Source of the DNA: a virus
Lineage: Duplodnaviria; Heunggongvirae; Uroviricota; Caudoviricetes
Direction: 5' to 3' (one strand)
Length of the DNA stretch: 64,000 nt
Virus record (IMG/VR): IMGVR_UViG_3300028886_000034
Coordinates: 182,081-246,080 of that record
In this document: piece by piece, positions 1 to 10,296 of the stretch
How positions within the stretch are numbered: position 1 is the stretch's first letter
How the letters are laid out: each line of letters begins with the position of its first letter
The notes under the pieces: generated by a model
Databases searched by the model: none
What the model was told of the DNA's origin: nothing
The model's input: only the letters and a program-made list of their open reading frames with translations
Program-made: the position numbers and the translations under genes

Positions 1-240
1 ATCCCCATTCGGATTGAAGTTCTTGTTGTCTCTGGTGATACGAACGCCAATCCCCGGAACTCCTTCCACATCTTTTGCCTCAATAAGGATGTAGTCAGAG
101 TTCTTGAAAGAACTTCTGAGTTTCATGTTAACCAGAGATGCAAGAACATGAACCTCTTCCATTCCCTCAATTTCATAACCGGGTACCCCGTTGATTTCTG
201 AGGGGTTAAAGCTTTCGATGAAAAGGATTCCGTTTTTCAT
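1..240 (-). CDS. hypothetical protein, partial (runs off window start)
   Basis: ATG at 240 with upstream AAGGAGG; open frame MKNGILFIESFNPSEINGVPGYEIEG... to the window edge; absent from ORF track. Confidence 0.75.
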   Translation of the reverse strand, partial: MKNGILFIESFNPSEINGVPGYEIEGMEEVHVLASLVNMKLRSSFKNSDYILIEAKDVEGVPGIGVRITRDNKNFNPNGD

Positions 241-336
241 AGTTAGTATTCCTCCTTAGGAATAAAAACAATGCCCGATTAGTTATACTCCAACCAGGCC
301 TAATGAGTTTTATTTACAGAGCCATTTTTTTTTAAA

Positions 337-531
337 CTACACATCATCCTCCCCAATAAGTCTCAGCTCAAGCTCTCCATGCGCATCAGTGCCGATGAAA
401 AACTTGCCTGACTTTTGGCCCCCAAGGATTTTGAAAATCCATTCCGGAAGTTCTACTGATTCCTTTCTCCCATAGAGAGGAGCATCCGGATACTTTCCTT
501 CGCAGTGTTCCACGTTCAGACGAATCTTCAT
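337..531 (-). CDS. small hypothetical (early-type) protein
   Basis: 64 aa ORF with GGAGG RBS. Confidence 0.75.
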   Translation of the reverse strand: MKIRLNVEHCEGKYPDAPLYGRKESVELPEWIFKILGGQKSGKFFIGTDAHGELELRLIGEDDV

Positions 532-599
532 GTAGTATTACCTCCAGAGATAAAATTGAGCACAGTATTATATGCCCCTGTGCTATGGACAGGTGTTAC

Positions 600-875
600 T
601 TAGAAAAGACGCACAATGTACGTTTTCCCAAGGTACGCCATCGCGTCTTCGGTGATACCTGAATCTTTATTTACAGAGTTCAGGCAGACAGAAGACCACT
701 CCGTTGAAACCACGATGTTACCGGCGATTCTGGTGATATGGAAGGGAATACCTCCTACCATAAAATCTACCAGTTCCTGGAAGTCTTCGACCTCCAGCAT
801 GGATGTGGCCAGGCGACGACCCGCCTGGAACACCGAGATGGATACTCCAAGTTTTTCTTTATAGTCAGTATTCAT
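600..875 (-). CDS. small hypothetical (early-type) protein
   Basis: 91 aa ORF, GGAGG RBS, downstream of motif at 961-976. Confidence 0.75.
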   Translation of the reverse strand: MNTDYKEKLGVSISVFQAGRRLATSMLEVEDFQELVDFMVGGIPFHITRIAGNIVVSTEWSSVCLNSVNKDSGITEDAMAYLGKTYIVRLF

Positions 876-960
876 GTGAATACCTCCGCATTTCTTGTAC
901 AGGTTTCAAAGTACTGTACAAAAGACTTGTATCTTTGTGTTAAAACCGAAGATACACTAA

Positions 961-976
961 TATAATATATATACAA
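961..976 (-). promoter_or_regulatory. putative phage early promoter motif TTGTATATATATTATA
   Basis: Similar motif recurs at 26158, 43852, 45837, 63968, always upstream of minus-strand genes. Confidence 0.6.
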
Positions 977-994
977 AAACTAAGTTGGAAAAAC

Positions 995-1054
995 TTTGAA
1001 CAAATTAAAGGAAACACAGGTTATAAGAAATATTTTTGAACAAATTACAGGAAA
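995..1054 (+). promoter_or_regulatory. tandem putative late promoter motif TTTGAACAAATTAnAGGAAA (two copies)
   Basis: Near-identical 20-mers at 995 and 1035 upstream of first structural block; related motifs at 45893 and 60210. Confidence 0.5.
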
Positions 1055-1104
1055 GTTTTTGATAGGTTCAATTCAAAATTTCCTAGGAGGTGATAGGGCA
1101 TCCA

Positions 1105-1398
1105 ATGTCTAACAAACCTATTGAACCTAGTATAGTTAATTTAGTAAAAAAATATCTGGCTAAGGTAGCATCTACTAATGATTACAATGATTTAGATAAT
1201 GCACCTACTAAATTAAGTGATTTTGAAAATGATATAGATTTAGATAACATTACAGAAGAACAAATCATAGAACTATGGGGAACTATAGGATCTGATATTG
1301 ACCCCGAACCTTCAGTAAACCCAAATGTTCCTATCACTAATGAACAGATTCAAGCTGCTTGGGGTTTAGAATCTGATGATAATTCAAATCAAGGATGA
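1105..1398 (+). CDS. acidic virion/fibre-associated protein
   Basis: AKVASTNDYNDLDNAPTKLSDFENDI resembles phage fibre-associated repeats; AGGAGGTGA RBS overlaps the track GTG at 1090, so ATG 1105 preferred. Confidence 0.6.
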   Translation: MSNKPIEPSIVNLVKKYLAKVASTNDYNDLDNAPTKLSDFENDIDLDNITEEQIIELWGTIGSDIDPEPSVNPNVPITNEQIQAAWGLESDDNSNQG

Positions 1399-1406
1399 CC
1401 TGATAC

Positions 1407-1829
1407 ATGGCATATTTAGATTTAGCAGGATTAGAGAAACAAATTGAGCTAATTAAAACGTATATTAATAGTAGATTATCTCATTATATTTCTCAAGAAC
1501 AATTATCTACTGTGGCTGTATCAGGAAGTTATAATGACTTAACTGATAAGCCTTCAATAATGTCTGAAGAGGAATTAGAAGCTAAAGTAAATGATTTACT
1601 TCAGGTTCATAATGAATCTTCAGATGCACATAAGAATTTATTCCAAATAGTTAATACTGGAGAAAATCCAGTAGGATTAGATTTAGGAAGTATTTATTTT
1701 GAATTAGACTCTATAGAGGAGGAACCTGATGTAGGATTCTCTGGATTAGTCATGAATGGAGATTCAAATAATTTAATTGAAACGACTTCCGATCTAATTA
1801 AAGTAACAGATACATATTTCAATTATTAA
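1407..1829 (+). CDS. virion/fibre-associated protein
   Basis: YLDLAGL start, LSTVAVSGSYNDLTDKP and HNESSDAH motifs typical of fibre-related proteins. Confidence 0.6.
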   Translation: MAYLDLAGLEKQIELIKTYINSRLSHYISQEQLSTVAVSGSYNDLTDKPSIMSEEELEAKVNDLLQVHNESSDAHKNLFQIVNTGENPVGLDLGSIYFELDSIEEEPDVGFSGLVMNGDSNNLIETTSDLIKVTDTYFNY

Positions 1830-1861
1830 TTTTTTATATTTGAGAGGTGTTTTTTTAAACT

Positions 1862-3262
1862 ATGTCAGATAATCTTTATCGTAAGTTTAAAATTAGACAG
1901 CAGACTGCTGCTGGTAACTTAATTCTTCACCCCGAAACGGAAGTTGCTCAGATTGTTGATTTCGAATCTGGTGTTAATAGTTTAATTGCTGGTGCTTCCT
2001 TCCCCAGATTTGGTGTGCTTGTTGTTAATGAGCTTCCCACTGGTGATGATATTAAGACTGATAAGATTTACTTTGTTAATGAGGCTGGTAATGGTGACGC
2101 TGATGAAACTGGTAATGTGTATACTGAGTACATTCGTGTTGGTGATAATTGGGAAATTTTAGGTAAGCAGAGATCTACACTTCCGATTGCTACTACTACA
2201 GCTGTTGGTGTTGTCAAGATTGGTGATAACATTACAGTTAATAGTGGTACGATTAGTGTTGCTACTGCTACAGATTCTGTCAAGGGTGTTGTCCAGGTTG
2301 GCGACAATATTGACGTTGCTTCTGGTGTTATTAGTGTCAAGACCGGTTCAGCCAGTGATAAGGGTGTTCTCCAGGTCGGTACAAATCTTGATGTTGCTAA
2401 CGGTGTGGTTAGTGTTGCTACAGCTACGGATGCCGTCAAGGGTGTTGTTCAGGCTGGTACGAATATTGATATTGCTTCCGGTGTTATCAGTGTTAAGACC
2501 GGTTCAGCCAGTGACAAGGGTGTTCTTCAGGTTGGTACGAATCTTGATGTGGCCGACGGTGTTGTGTCAGTTGCGACTGGTTCTACTTCAGCCAAGGGTG
2601 TTCTTCAGGTTGGCACAAACCTTGATGTAGCTGATGGTGTAGTCTCGGTTGCTACTGGTAGCACCACTGGTAAGGGTGTCCTTCAAGTTGGTGATAACCT
2701 TACTGTTGCTGATGGTGTTGTTAGCGTTGGTAAGGCTTCAACTTCGGACTTTGGCGTTGTTAAGGTTGGCACCAATATTGATGTTGGTACTGGTAATGAT
2801 GCCGGTGTTATTAGTGTTGCTACAGCTACAGATGCCGTTAAGGGTGTCGTCCAGGTCGGTACAAACCTTGATGTTGCCTCTGGTGTTATCAGCGTTAAGA
2901 CTGGTTCGGCCAGTGACAAAGGTGTTCTTCAGGTTGGTACAAATCTTGCTGTTACCGATGGCGTTGTTTCAGTTGCTACAGCTTCTGATTCTGCCCTTGG
3001 TGTTATGCAGGTTGGCGATTATCTTAACGCTACCAATGGCGTTGTTAATGCTGACGTTGCTACCTCAGCAGCTAAGGGTGTTGTTCAGGGTGGCGATAGA
3101 GTTACAATTACCAATGGCGTTCTTTCAGCTGATAAGCAGATTGATGTTATTGATAATAGTGAGGCCGCTACTCCTGCTACACCGACTGGTCTTGCTGATG
3201 GCACGGTCTGGTTTGAGATCACTGGTGAAGGCACTGATGGTGTTACACCAGTTGAGCCCTAA
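1862..3262 (+). CDS. repeat-rich fibre protein (head/tail fibre-like)
   Basis: 466 aa with about a dozen 26-aa repeats of type ATATDAVKGVVQVGTNLDVASGVISV; N-terminal HPETEV motif shared with next gene. Confidence 0.75.
   Translation: MSDNLYRKFKIRQQTAAGNLILHPETEVAQIVDFESGVNSLIAGASFPRFGVLVVNELPTGDDIKTDKIYFVNEAGNGDADETGNVYTEYIRVGDNWEILGKQRSTLPIATTTAVGVVKIGDNITVNSGTISVATATDSVKGVVQVGDNIDVASGVISVKTGSASDKGVLQVGTNLDVANGVVSVATATDAVKGVVQAGTNIDIASGVISVKTGSASDKGVLQVGTNLDVADGVVSVATGSTSAKGVLQVGTNLDVADGVVSVATGSTTGKGVLQVGDNLTVADGVVSVGKASTSDFGVVKVGTNIDVGTGNDAGVISVATATDAVKGVVQVGTNLDVASGVISVKTGSASDKGVLQVGTNLAVTDGVVSVATASDSALGVMQVGDYLNATNGVVNADVATSAAKGVVQGGDRVTITNGVLSADKQIDVIDNSEAATPATPTGLADGTVWFEITGEGTDGVTPVEP
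2180..3135 (+). repeat. 78-bp coding tandem repeat (26-aa unit)
   Basis: Recurrent aagggtgttcttcaggttggtac-like units at about 78-bp spacing. Confidence 0.85.
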
Positions 3263-3304
3263 TTAAAACATTCTATATATAGAAATTAAAATTAATTAAA
3301 TTAT

Positions 3305-3356
3305 ACAGGGTATGCGGGGTATGACTATAGTACCCTAATAGCATACCCTGTTTTTT
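3305..3356 (+). terminator. intrinsic terminator
   Basis: ACAGGGTATGC...GCATACCCTGT stem followed by T-run. Confidence 0.75.
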
Positions 3357-3382
3357 AATAGAAGAAAAGAGAGGTGAGAACA

Positions 3383-4363
3383 ATACCCTCTGAACTTGTA
3401 AAGAAGGGTAAACTGCATTATATAGACAGTGGCTCTTCCAAGGTTTTCCATCCGGAAACTGAAGTTTCACAAGTTATTGGACTTCAAGAAGCTTTAGCAC
3501 AAAAAGAAGATACACTTACCTTTGATGTAACTCCAACGGAGAATTCATTAAATCCAGTAACTTCGGGCGGAGTGTATCTTGCATTTCAAAGCATAGATGC
3601 ATTACCTTCACAGGCAAATAATTCAGGAAAATTTTTAACTACAGATGGTAGTAGTGCTTCATGGGCTACAGTAGATGCACTTCCATCACAAACTAATAAC
3701 TCTGGTAAAGTATTAGTAACAAATGGAACAACTGCGTCTTGGGCTAATTTAAATAATGCACAGCAAATATTTGATGTGACATCAAATACAACTTCAGTTA
3801 CTCTTAATGCAAATAATTTACCTGGAAGTGCTTTTAATTATACAATTTCAGTTTATCATGATGGATTAAGATTAACTCAAGGAACCGATTATACTTATAA
3901 TTCAAGTACAAGAACTATTACTTTTAGTAGATCTTTCTTAAATGGGGATCAGGTAGTAGTTTATATTGGGGTATTAGCTGAAGCAGAAAGTATGGATGAA
4001 AAGACAGATAATATCCATCCTTCAGAAAAGTGTATTGTTAATAATAATGCTTCCGGTAATATCTCTTTAAATATAGACAATGCTGTAATTTACAATTTAA
4101 ATATAACTGGTAATTGTACTCTTAGTTTTGTAAAAGATTCATCACTTAATATTTATAGTACTAATAGATCATTTACAGTTACTTTACTTATAAAAAATGG
4201 GGGTACACATACACTTATTTGGCCTAATAGTATTAATTGGGCTGATAATGTTGCACCTACATTAAGTGCTGACAATAAATATGATATTATCACTTTAATT
4301 ACTTTTGATAGTGGTACTACATGGTTAGGTTTAACCAGTGGTGCTAATTATACTATATCGTAA
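3383..4363 (+). CDS. modular fibre-like virion protein
   Basis: LPSQxxNSGKFLTTxG repeats, VYHDGLRL..DY module, C-terminal W..I.W....P..DII...T.D.G..W.G module; ATA 3383 preferred over GTG 3374, which lies inside the RBS. Confidence 0.75.
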   Translation: MPSELVKKGKLHYIDSGSSKVFHPETEVSQVIGLQEALAQKEDTLTFDVTPTENSLNPVTSGGVYLAFQSIDALPSQANNSGKFLTTDGSSASWATVDALPSQTNNSGKVLVTNGTTASWANLNNAQQIFDVTSNTTSVTLNANNLPGSAFNYTISVYHDGLRLTQGTDYTYNSSTRTITFSRSFLNGDQVVVYIGVLAEAESMDEKTDNIHPSEKCIVNNNASGNISLNIDNAVIYNLNITGNCTLSFVKDSSLNIYSTNRSFTVTLLIKNGGTHTLIWPNSINWADNVAPTLSADNKYDIITLITFDSGTTWLGLTSGANYTIS

Positions 4364-4386
4364 AGGGGAGGGAGAAGTAATTAAAA

Positions 4387-4857
4387 ATGTCTGATTTATA
4401 TACTATTGATAAGTTAAAAAAACATTTTGAAGTCACTGCTGAAGAACTTCTTCCTTCTCAAAGTGGTAATTCTGGTAAGTTTTTAGCAACTGATGGCAGT
4501 GATATTGAATGGGCATCGGTGGACGCATTACCTTCTCAGACTGGTAATTCAGGAAAATTTCTTACCACAAATGGATCTACAGCCTCTTGGGAGGCCTTAG
4601 CTAATATTGATGTGGTAGTTAATCCAACAGCTAGTAGTACGACAATTAGCTTAAGTGAATATAGTAATTATGTTAATAGTGATGGATCTAATATATTGGT
4701 GTTTAGAGATGGTTTTAAACAAATTGTTGATATGGATTATACTTTTAGCAATAACACTTTAACTTTTGAATTAGCATTTGTTAGTAATGAAACAGTATCT
4801 ATTTTAATATCTTCAGCTATTGGCGTAATTATTGACGGTGAGCAGGTGAGCTATTAA
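4387..4857 (+). CDS. modular fibre-like virion protein
   Basis: Two LPSQ..NSGKFL repeats plus VFRDG..DY module. Confidence 0.75.
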   Translation: MSDLYTIDKLKKHFEVTAEELLPSQSGNSGKFLATDGSDIEWASVDALPSQTGNSGKFLTTNGSTASWEALANIDVVVNPTASSTTISLSEYSNYVNSDGSNILVFRDGFKQIVDMDYTFSNNTLTFELAFVSNETVSILISSAIGVIIDGEQVSY

Positions 4858-5858
4858 TGAGTAAAGTTTTAATCAATTCTTCCACTCTTGAAGATATAGC
4901 AGATGCTATTAGAGCTAAAACTGATACTACTGAAAAATTACAACCTTCACAAATGGCTACGGCTATTAGAAGTATAACTGGTGGAAGTACTACTGGAGAT
5001 CTATATGTTAGTTCTAGTACTCCTTTTAGATATAGAATTGTAAATCCTAACCCAGAACTTCAATCATTATCAATTGAATCTTCATCTTCTATAGATACTA
5101 CAAATCAATTAGTATATACAAAATTATCTCATTCTATACGGGGTAGCGTTGGATATGTTGTTGGAATTGCTAGTAAATATTATGACTCTGAAAATAACGA
5201 GTATGTTTTTTCTATTACAGCCCCAAGTTTAGTTGCAGATGTTACTGCGGATGGTTATACAGTTATTTATGCAAATTATACGCATTACTATCTTGATTAT
5301 AACGAATCTAATGGAACAAGTGGAAATTTTAATGGAAAAATATGCGTGTTAAAATCTGTCAATAGTGAATGGATAGATCTATCGTCTAACTCTGGGGCGG
5401 TTACAGAAATTTATTGTCCAGATATAACTGAATTCAATCATAATGGTAGTGATATGTTTTTAGATTGTTTTGAGTCTTCAACTAAGTTTAAAGTTATACT
5501 ACCTAATTTGCTATCGATTGCATCCGATTCATGGGGATTACGCTATTGTGATAACTTAGATAAGTTATATTTACCAAATGTAGTAAGTTTTAATCCTAGC
5601 GTTATAAATTATTCTAGTAATATATCTTTAATAGATTTTGGCAGTGTGACATCGATTGGATACGATTCATCTGGGTTTTCGGCAAATACGATTATTATTA
5701 GAACCCAAAACACAGTATGTAGTTTGGATTCATGGGTCGATTTTAATAAAGTATATGTCCCAGATAATTTAGTTAATTCATATAAAACTGCTACTAATTG
5801 GTCCGCTATGGCTAATAAAATTTACCCTTTAAGTGAATATGTTGAGGGGGCTGAATAA
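4857..5858 (+). CDS. BspA/LRR-like adhesin-type phage protein
   Basis: TLEDIADAIRAKT..PSQMATAIRSI N-terminus; LPNVVS/VTSIG LRR-like segments; C-terminal VYVPDNLVNSYKTATNWS. Confidence 0.65.
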   Translation: MSKVLINSSTLEDIADAIRAKTDTTEKLQPSQMATAIRSITGGSTTGDLYVSSSTPFRYRIVNPNPELQSLSIESSSSIDTTNQLVYTKLSHSIRGSVGYVVGIASKYYDSENNEYVFSITAPSLVADVTADGYTVIYANYTHYYLDYNESNGTSGNFNGKICVLKSVNSEWIDLSSNSGAVTEIYCPDITEFNHNGSDMFLDCFESSTKFKVILPNLLSIASDSWGLRYCDNLDKLYLPNVVSFNPSVINYSSNISLIDFGSVTSIGYDSSGFSANTIIIRTQNTVCSLDSWVDFNKVYVPDNLVNSYKTATNWSAMANKIYPLSEYVEGAE

Positions 5859-5859
5859 A

Positions 5860-6054
5860 ATGTTGATTGAAGAACATATTGTTATTGATGGTAGAGAGCT
5901 CCTAAAGCATTATTCAGATAGCAATAAATACATTATTCAAATAGATACAGGGATAAAATACGCCGATGCGATTGATATACTTAATACTACGCATACATAT
6001 AGAGAATCTGAAGAAAGCATTCCAATTATAGACAAGAATGAAAGGGAGGGATAA
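5860..6054 (+). CDS. small fibre-associated protein
   Basis: ATG 5860 after GAGGGGG; YSDSNKYIIQIDTGIKYADAID. Confidence 0.6.
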   Translation: MLIEEHIVIDGRELLKHYSDSNKYIIQIDTGIKYADAIDILNTTHTYRESEESIPIIDKNEREG

Positions 6055-6062
6055 CTAAGTAA

Positions 6063-8978
6063 ATGTCAGTTCAAAAAATACCTTCAATATTAATTGATTC
6101 ATCTGTAACTGGAGCTGCTGGAAAAGTTCCAATAGGTAATTCATCAGGTAAATTAGATGCATCTTGGGTGTCAGTATCCCTTCCTGATCAAACTGGTAAT
6201 TCAGGTAAGTTCTTAACAACTAATGGTAGTACTACATCGTGGGCTACTGTTGATGCATTACCGTCACAATCAAATAATAGTGGTAAGTTCCTTACTACTA
6301 ATGGCACAACAGCCAGTTGGAGTACTGTGGATGCTTTACCTTCACAGACAGGTAATTCTGGTAAATATCTTACTACTAATGGGAGTACTGCTTCATGGGT
6401 AGCTATTGAATCCTATTCGTTACCTACTGCTGCTGCTGATACTCTTGGTGGAGTTAAAATTGGTAATGGTATTACTATTACTAATGGGGTTATCAATGCT
6501 GATGATCAACTTCCTTCACAGGCTAATAATAGTGGAAAATTCTTAACTACTAATGGTACTTCAGCTTCTTGGGTTACAATAGAATCTTATGTATTACCAA
6601 CAGCCGCTTCAGATACCCTTGGTGGAATTAAGGTTGGTACTAACTTATCCATTGATTCTAATGGAGTTTTAAGCGCTACTGATACTGTTACCACTGCAAC
6701 TACAAGTGGTGATGGTAATGCGGTTACATCAATTACTGCTTCCAATGGAGCTTTAACAGTTACTAAAGGTTCAACCTTTAGCTTAAGTACACACAATCAC
6801 GATAATGTGTATGCACCTTTAGCTTCTCCTGCATTTACTGGTACACCAACAGCTCCTACTGCTACTGCTGGAACAAACTCCACACAGGTTGCTACTACAG
6901 CATATGTTGATAGTGCAGTATCAAGCTTAGTAAATTCAGCACCAACTACTTTAGATACGCTTAATGAGTTAGCAGCAGCGTTAGGTAATGATCCTAACTT
7001 TGCTACTACAGTATCTACATCAATTGGTGAAAAGTTAGATGCCGATAGTGCTAACTATGTTAAATCCTTATCTATAAGTGGTACTACAGTTACAGTTACT
7101 AAGGGTGATGACACTACTAGTACTTTAACTACTCAGGATACTACTTATAGTGCTGGCGATGGAATTACACTTACTGGCACTACATTTAGTGCTGATGATC
7201 AATTACCCTCACAAACAGGTAATGCTGGTAAGTTTCTTACTACTGACGGTACTAATGCTTCTTGGTCTGATATCCTCAATGAGACTAAAATTAGCTCAGT
7301 TCATTATCCTACAGCCAATGCAACTACTATTGTATTAACCCAGGAGCAAGCTATTCCAAGTACCGTTAATAAGTATGCAATGTCTGTGTATAGGGATGGT
7401 ATATATCTTAACCCTAGTATAGACTATGGTTATAATTCTTCTACTAGAACCTTAACCTTTACTAAATCTTTTGAAGCTGATGAAATTGTTACGGTAGTAT
7501 TTAATTATATCGATAATGATTCACAAGTTACTGTAGATTTAGGTGTTGATGAGTATGAAGCTGGAACCGGCGTTACATTTACTAATAATGCTATTACTAA
7601 TAAAGTAGTTATTAATGCTGATGATCAGTTACCATCACAGGCTAATAATTCAGGTAAATTCCTTACTACAGATGGAAGTACTGTAAGTTGGGAAACTGTG
7701 GATGCTCTTCCTGACCAAACCGATAATAGTGGAAAGTTCTTAACTACTAATGGAACAAGTGCTTCTTGGGCTGCTGTGGATACCTTCCCATCACAAAGTG
7801 GTAATTCGGGTAAGTTCTTAACTACAAATGGTAGTGCAGTTTCTTGGGCTACCGTTGATGCGTTACCTTCTCAGACTGGCAACTCTGGTAAGTTTCTTAC
7901 CACTGATGGCACTGATGCTTCTTGGGGTAGCCCGTTTAGTTTAGTAAGAGAGTTTAATACTACTGCTGGTCAAAATACTTTAACATTACCCTCTGATTTC
8001 TTAACATTAAATCAGTATGATGCTATGGTAGTTTTCTTAGACGGTATTAGATTAGTTAAGAATGTTGATTATACATTTGATAGTTCTACTAGAGTATTAA
8101 CATTTGTCGATACATTTATTAGCGGAGATACAGTAACTGTAGGATTATATTCTAATAATTATGAAGCATTATCTTCCGGTGAATTCCCAGCATTAGCTTC
8201 TGGTATACTTACATCTGATGGAAATTCTATGTCTTGGAAGAGCTTTACCAAAATGGTATATACCCATGATACAACCTCTGCTAATGAAACAGTTACAATT
8301 CCACAAGCAAATCTTACTGATGCAGTAGTTACTGATGTATTTAGAAATGGATTATTATTAGTTGAAACTGATGACTATACTATTAATTCTTCTACTAGAG
8401 AAATTACTTTTGTTGTTCCTATAGCAGCTAATGAAAAAATAGTCGTGGTTACTCAGAATGCTGTTTTGAATAGTAGTACACTTATTTCTGGAGCTAATAT
8501 TCAGAATAGTACAGCTACTACTCCTATTGCTGGAGATAATAGTAATAATATCGCTACTACTGCTTTTGTTAATACTGCTATGAGTGGGATTGATTTGAGT
8601 AATTATGCTACTACTTCTGCTGTAACTACGGCTATTAATAATAGATTTGCTAATCCAATAGAAAAAGTAAATGCTATTACTTCTGCTGCTTCAATTACTA
8701 TTGATCCTAGTGCTGGATCATTATTTACGTTATCATTAAGTACTAATGCTTCAATTACTATTGGTAATGTATCTAATGGTCCTTATACTACAAATGGACA
8801 AACTATAACATTATATCTTAGTAATACAAGTAATACAATTACTTGGGATTCGAAGATTACATGGATGTCCGGTGAAGCTCCTGATGTTACTTCTAATCCT
8901 TCTATTATCACTTTTGTTACATTTAATGGTGGTACTAATTGGTATGGAAGTAGTATTGAAGTAACAAGTAGTAGTTAA
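6063..8978 (+). CDS. long modular tail-fibre-like protein
   Basis: Many LPSQTGNSGKFLTTNG repeats, PTAPTA..TQVATTAYV, APTTLDTLNELAAALGNDPNFATT, three VYRDG..DY-type modules, C-terminal TFNGGTNWYG. Confidence 0.85.
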   Translation: MSVQKIPSILIDSSVTGAAGKVPIGNSSGKLDASWVSVSLPDQTGNSGKFLTTNGSTTSWATVDALPSQSNNSGKFLTTNGTTASWSTVDALPSQTGNSGKYLTTNGSTASWVAIESYSLPTAAADTLGGVKIGNGITITNGVINADDQLPSQANNSGKFLTTNGTSASWVTIESYVLPTAASDTLGGIKVGTNLSIDSNGVLSATDTVTTATTSGDGNAVTSITASNGALTVTKGSTFSLSTHNHDNVYAPLASPAFTGTPTAPTATAGTNSTQVATTAYVDSAVSSLVNSAPTTLDTLNELAAALGNDPNFATTVSTSIGEKLDADSANYVKSLSISGTTVTVTKGDDTTSTLTTQDTTYSAGDGITLTGTTFSADDQLPSQTGNAGKFLTTDGTNASWSDILNETKISSVHYPTANATTIVLTQEQAIPSTVNKYAMSVYRDGIYLNPSIDYGYNSSTRTLTFTKSFEADEIVTVVFNYIDNDSQVTVDLGVDEYEAGTGVTFTNNAITNKVVINADDQLPSQANNSGKFLTTDGSTVSWETVDALPDQTDNSGKFLTTNGTSASWAAVDTFPSQSGNSGKFLTTNGSAVSWATVDALPSQTGNSGKFLTTDGTDASWGSPFSLVREFNTTAGQNTLTLPSDFLTLNQYDAMVVFLDGIRLVKNVDYTFDSSTRVLTFVDTFISGDTVTVGLYSNNYEALSSGEFPALASGILTSDGNSMSWKSFTKMVYTHDTTSANETVTIPQANLTDAVVTDVFRNGLLLVETDDYTINSSTREITFVVPIAANEKIVVVTQNAVLNSSTLISGANIQNSTATTPIAGDNSNNIATTAFVNTAMSGIDLSNYATTSAVTTAINNRFANPIEKVNAITSAASITIDPSAGSLFTLSLSTNASITIGNVSNGPYTTNGQTITLYLSNTSNTITWDSKITWMSGEAPDVTSNPSIITFVTFNGGTNWYGSSIEVTSSS

Positions 8979-8989
8979 TTTTATTTTAT

Positions 8990-9031
8990 AGGAGGTCTAT
9001 TTCTTCAGATTTAGACCTCCTTTTATTTTTT
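8990..9031 (+). terminator. intrinsic terminator
   Basis: AGGAGGTCTA/TAGACCTCCT stem plus T-rich tail. Confidence 0.75.
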
Positions 9032-9064
9032 AACCTAATCTTTATAGAATAGGTGGTGATTTAA

Positions 9065-10276
9065 ATAAGTATAAATTTTAATACCTTACAAAATCCTGTT
9101 ATAGAGGGGATTATGCATATACAAAATTCTGAAAATGACACCTGGGATTCTAGGGACTATGGTAATGCGTTTGATAAATCAATTTTAACGTTTGTAAATT
9201 CTTATAGAATGAGTGTTGGGGAATCTATTTTTAGTACATTTGAACAAGCTTATGCATTTTTTGGAGAGGATGATGAACACGATTCACTTATGTCATATTT
9301 TTATACTAGTTATAAAAATTATTGTGAATTACAACATTATGATGATTTTCGTAATGATGCTGGTAGTACATGTGAAGTAGCATTTGTTGCATCTTTTGTT
9401 GGAGGATATTCGTATTTTCCTAATATTATTGTATTATGTAATGTCCCTGGTTATTTAAATATAACAAAATTCATAGATTATACTTTGTCCTTACCTGGAG
9501 CGAGCCCTAATAGTATTAATTCAGATGGAAATGTGTTTAGTAGTTTAGTTGGATCTATCACTAGTAGTTTAGCAGAAGATCCTATTTCATTTGGAGAAAG
9601 TATAGTTTCTAATTACTGTATAGACGTAAAAGGATATTGTACTTCAGCTACATTAGATTCCTATCTTGAAAATCATGGTGAAGAAGTTGCGGAAGAATTA
9701 TTTAATTTATTTGGAATTGATTCTTATTGGGACGCCTTTAATTATTTCCCCCACGGAGACTCCTATGTAAATACTACATATATAGGAACATCTAATTGGG
9801 GTGCTAATAGTTCCAATGAAACAGATTATGTTGGCCCAAGTGATAATGTAAAAAAATTATTTAATGCTACAGAAGCTTATGTAGATATATATGGTGAAGA
9901 TGCATATTCTCCAGAAAGTTCAGAAACTTATTATCAGTCTTTAACTAGGGCAGGTTTTTTTATTGGAAGTTTCCTTTATAATACTATGGATGGATATGCT
10001 CCTAGTGATATATTAGTTTCTACATTAGATTTAACAAAACATTATATACATTTTCCAAATATAAACTTAACTTTAGGTCCAAATAATGTAACTAGATTTA
10101 CTGAAAATAATAGATATGTTAATTTCTTTTTAAGTTGTACAGGCCATAGTCTTGTAGATTGTTATACTTTTAATGATAGTGATGATAAAGATACACTTTT
10201 CAATTATTTTAATACTGAACCAAATGAAAATGGAACAGGAAACGGTTATGCAGATATTCCATTTACGGTTAAATAA
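9065..10276 (+). CDS. hypothetical protein, paralog of C-terminal part of 10297-11739
   Basis: TLDL..F..INL.L...NV...S..G....D.Y.F....DTL..Y...DIP shared with next gene; ATA 9065 or ATG 9113 start. Confidence 0.7.
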   Translation: MSINFNTLQNPVIEGIMHIQNSENDTWDSRDYGNAFDKSILTFVNSYRMSVGESIFSTFEQAYAFFGEDDEHDSLMSYFYTSYKNYCELQHYDDFRNDAGSTCEVAFVASFVGGYSYFPNIIVLCNVPGYLNITKFIDYTLSLPGASPNSINSDGNVFSSLVGSITSSLAEDPISFGESIVSNYCIDVKGYCTSATLDSYLENHGEEVAEELFNLFGIDSYWDAFNYFPHGDSYVNTTYIGTSNWGANSSNETDYVGPSDNVKKLFNATEAYVDIYGEDAYSPESSETYYQSLTRAGFFIGSFLYNTMDGYAPSDILVSTLDLTKHYIHFPNINLTLGPNNVTRFTENNRYVNFFLSCTGHSLVDCYTFNDSDDKDTLFNYFNTEPNENGTGNGYADIPFTVK

Positions 10277-10296
10277 AAAGAAAGAGGTGATGTACA

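Noticed and set aside
616-965. Plus-strand ORFs 616-864 and 738-965
   Set aside because: Antisense to RBS-supported minus-strand gene
2180-3135. 78-bp repeats as a CRISPR array
   Set aside because: In-frame coding repeats with synonymous variation, no unique spacers, no cas genes
2068-3266. Leu/Val-rich alternative-frame and antisense ORFs over the repeat gene
   Set aside because: Shadows of GTT/GCT/GGT codon bias in 1862-3262; no RBS
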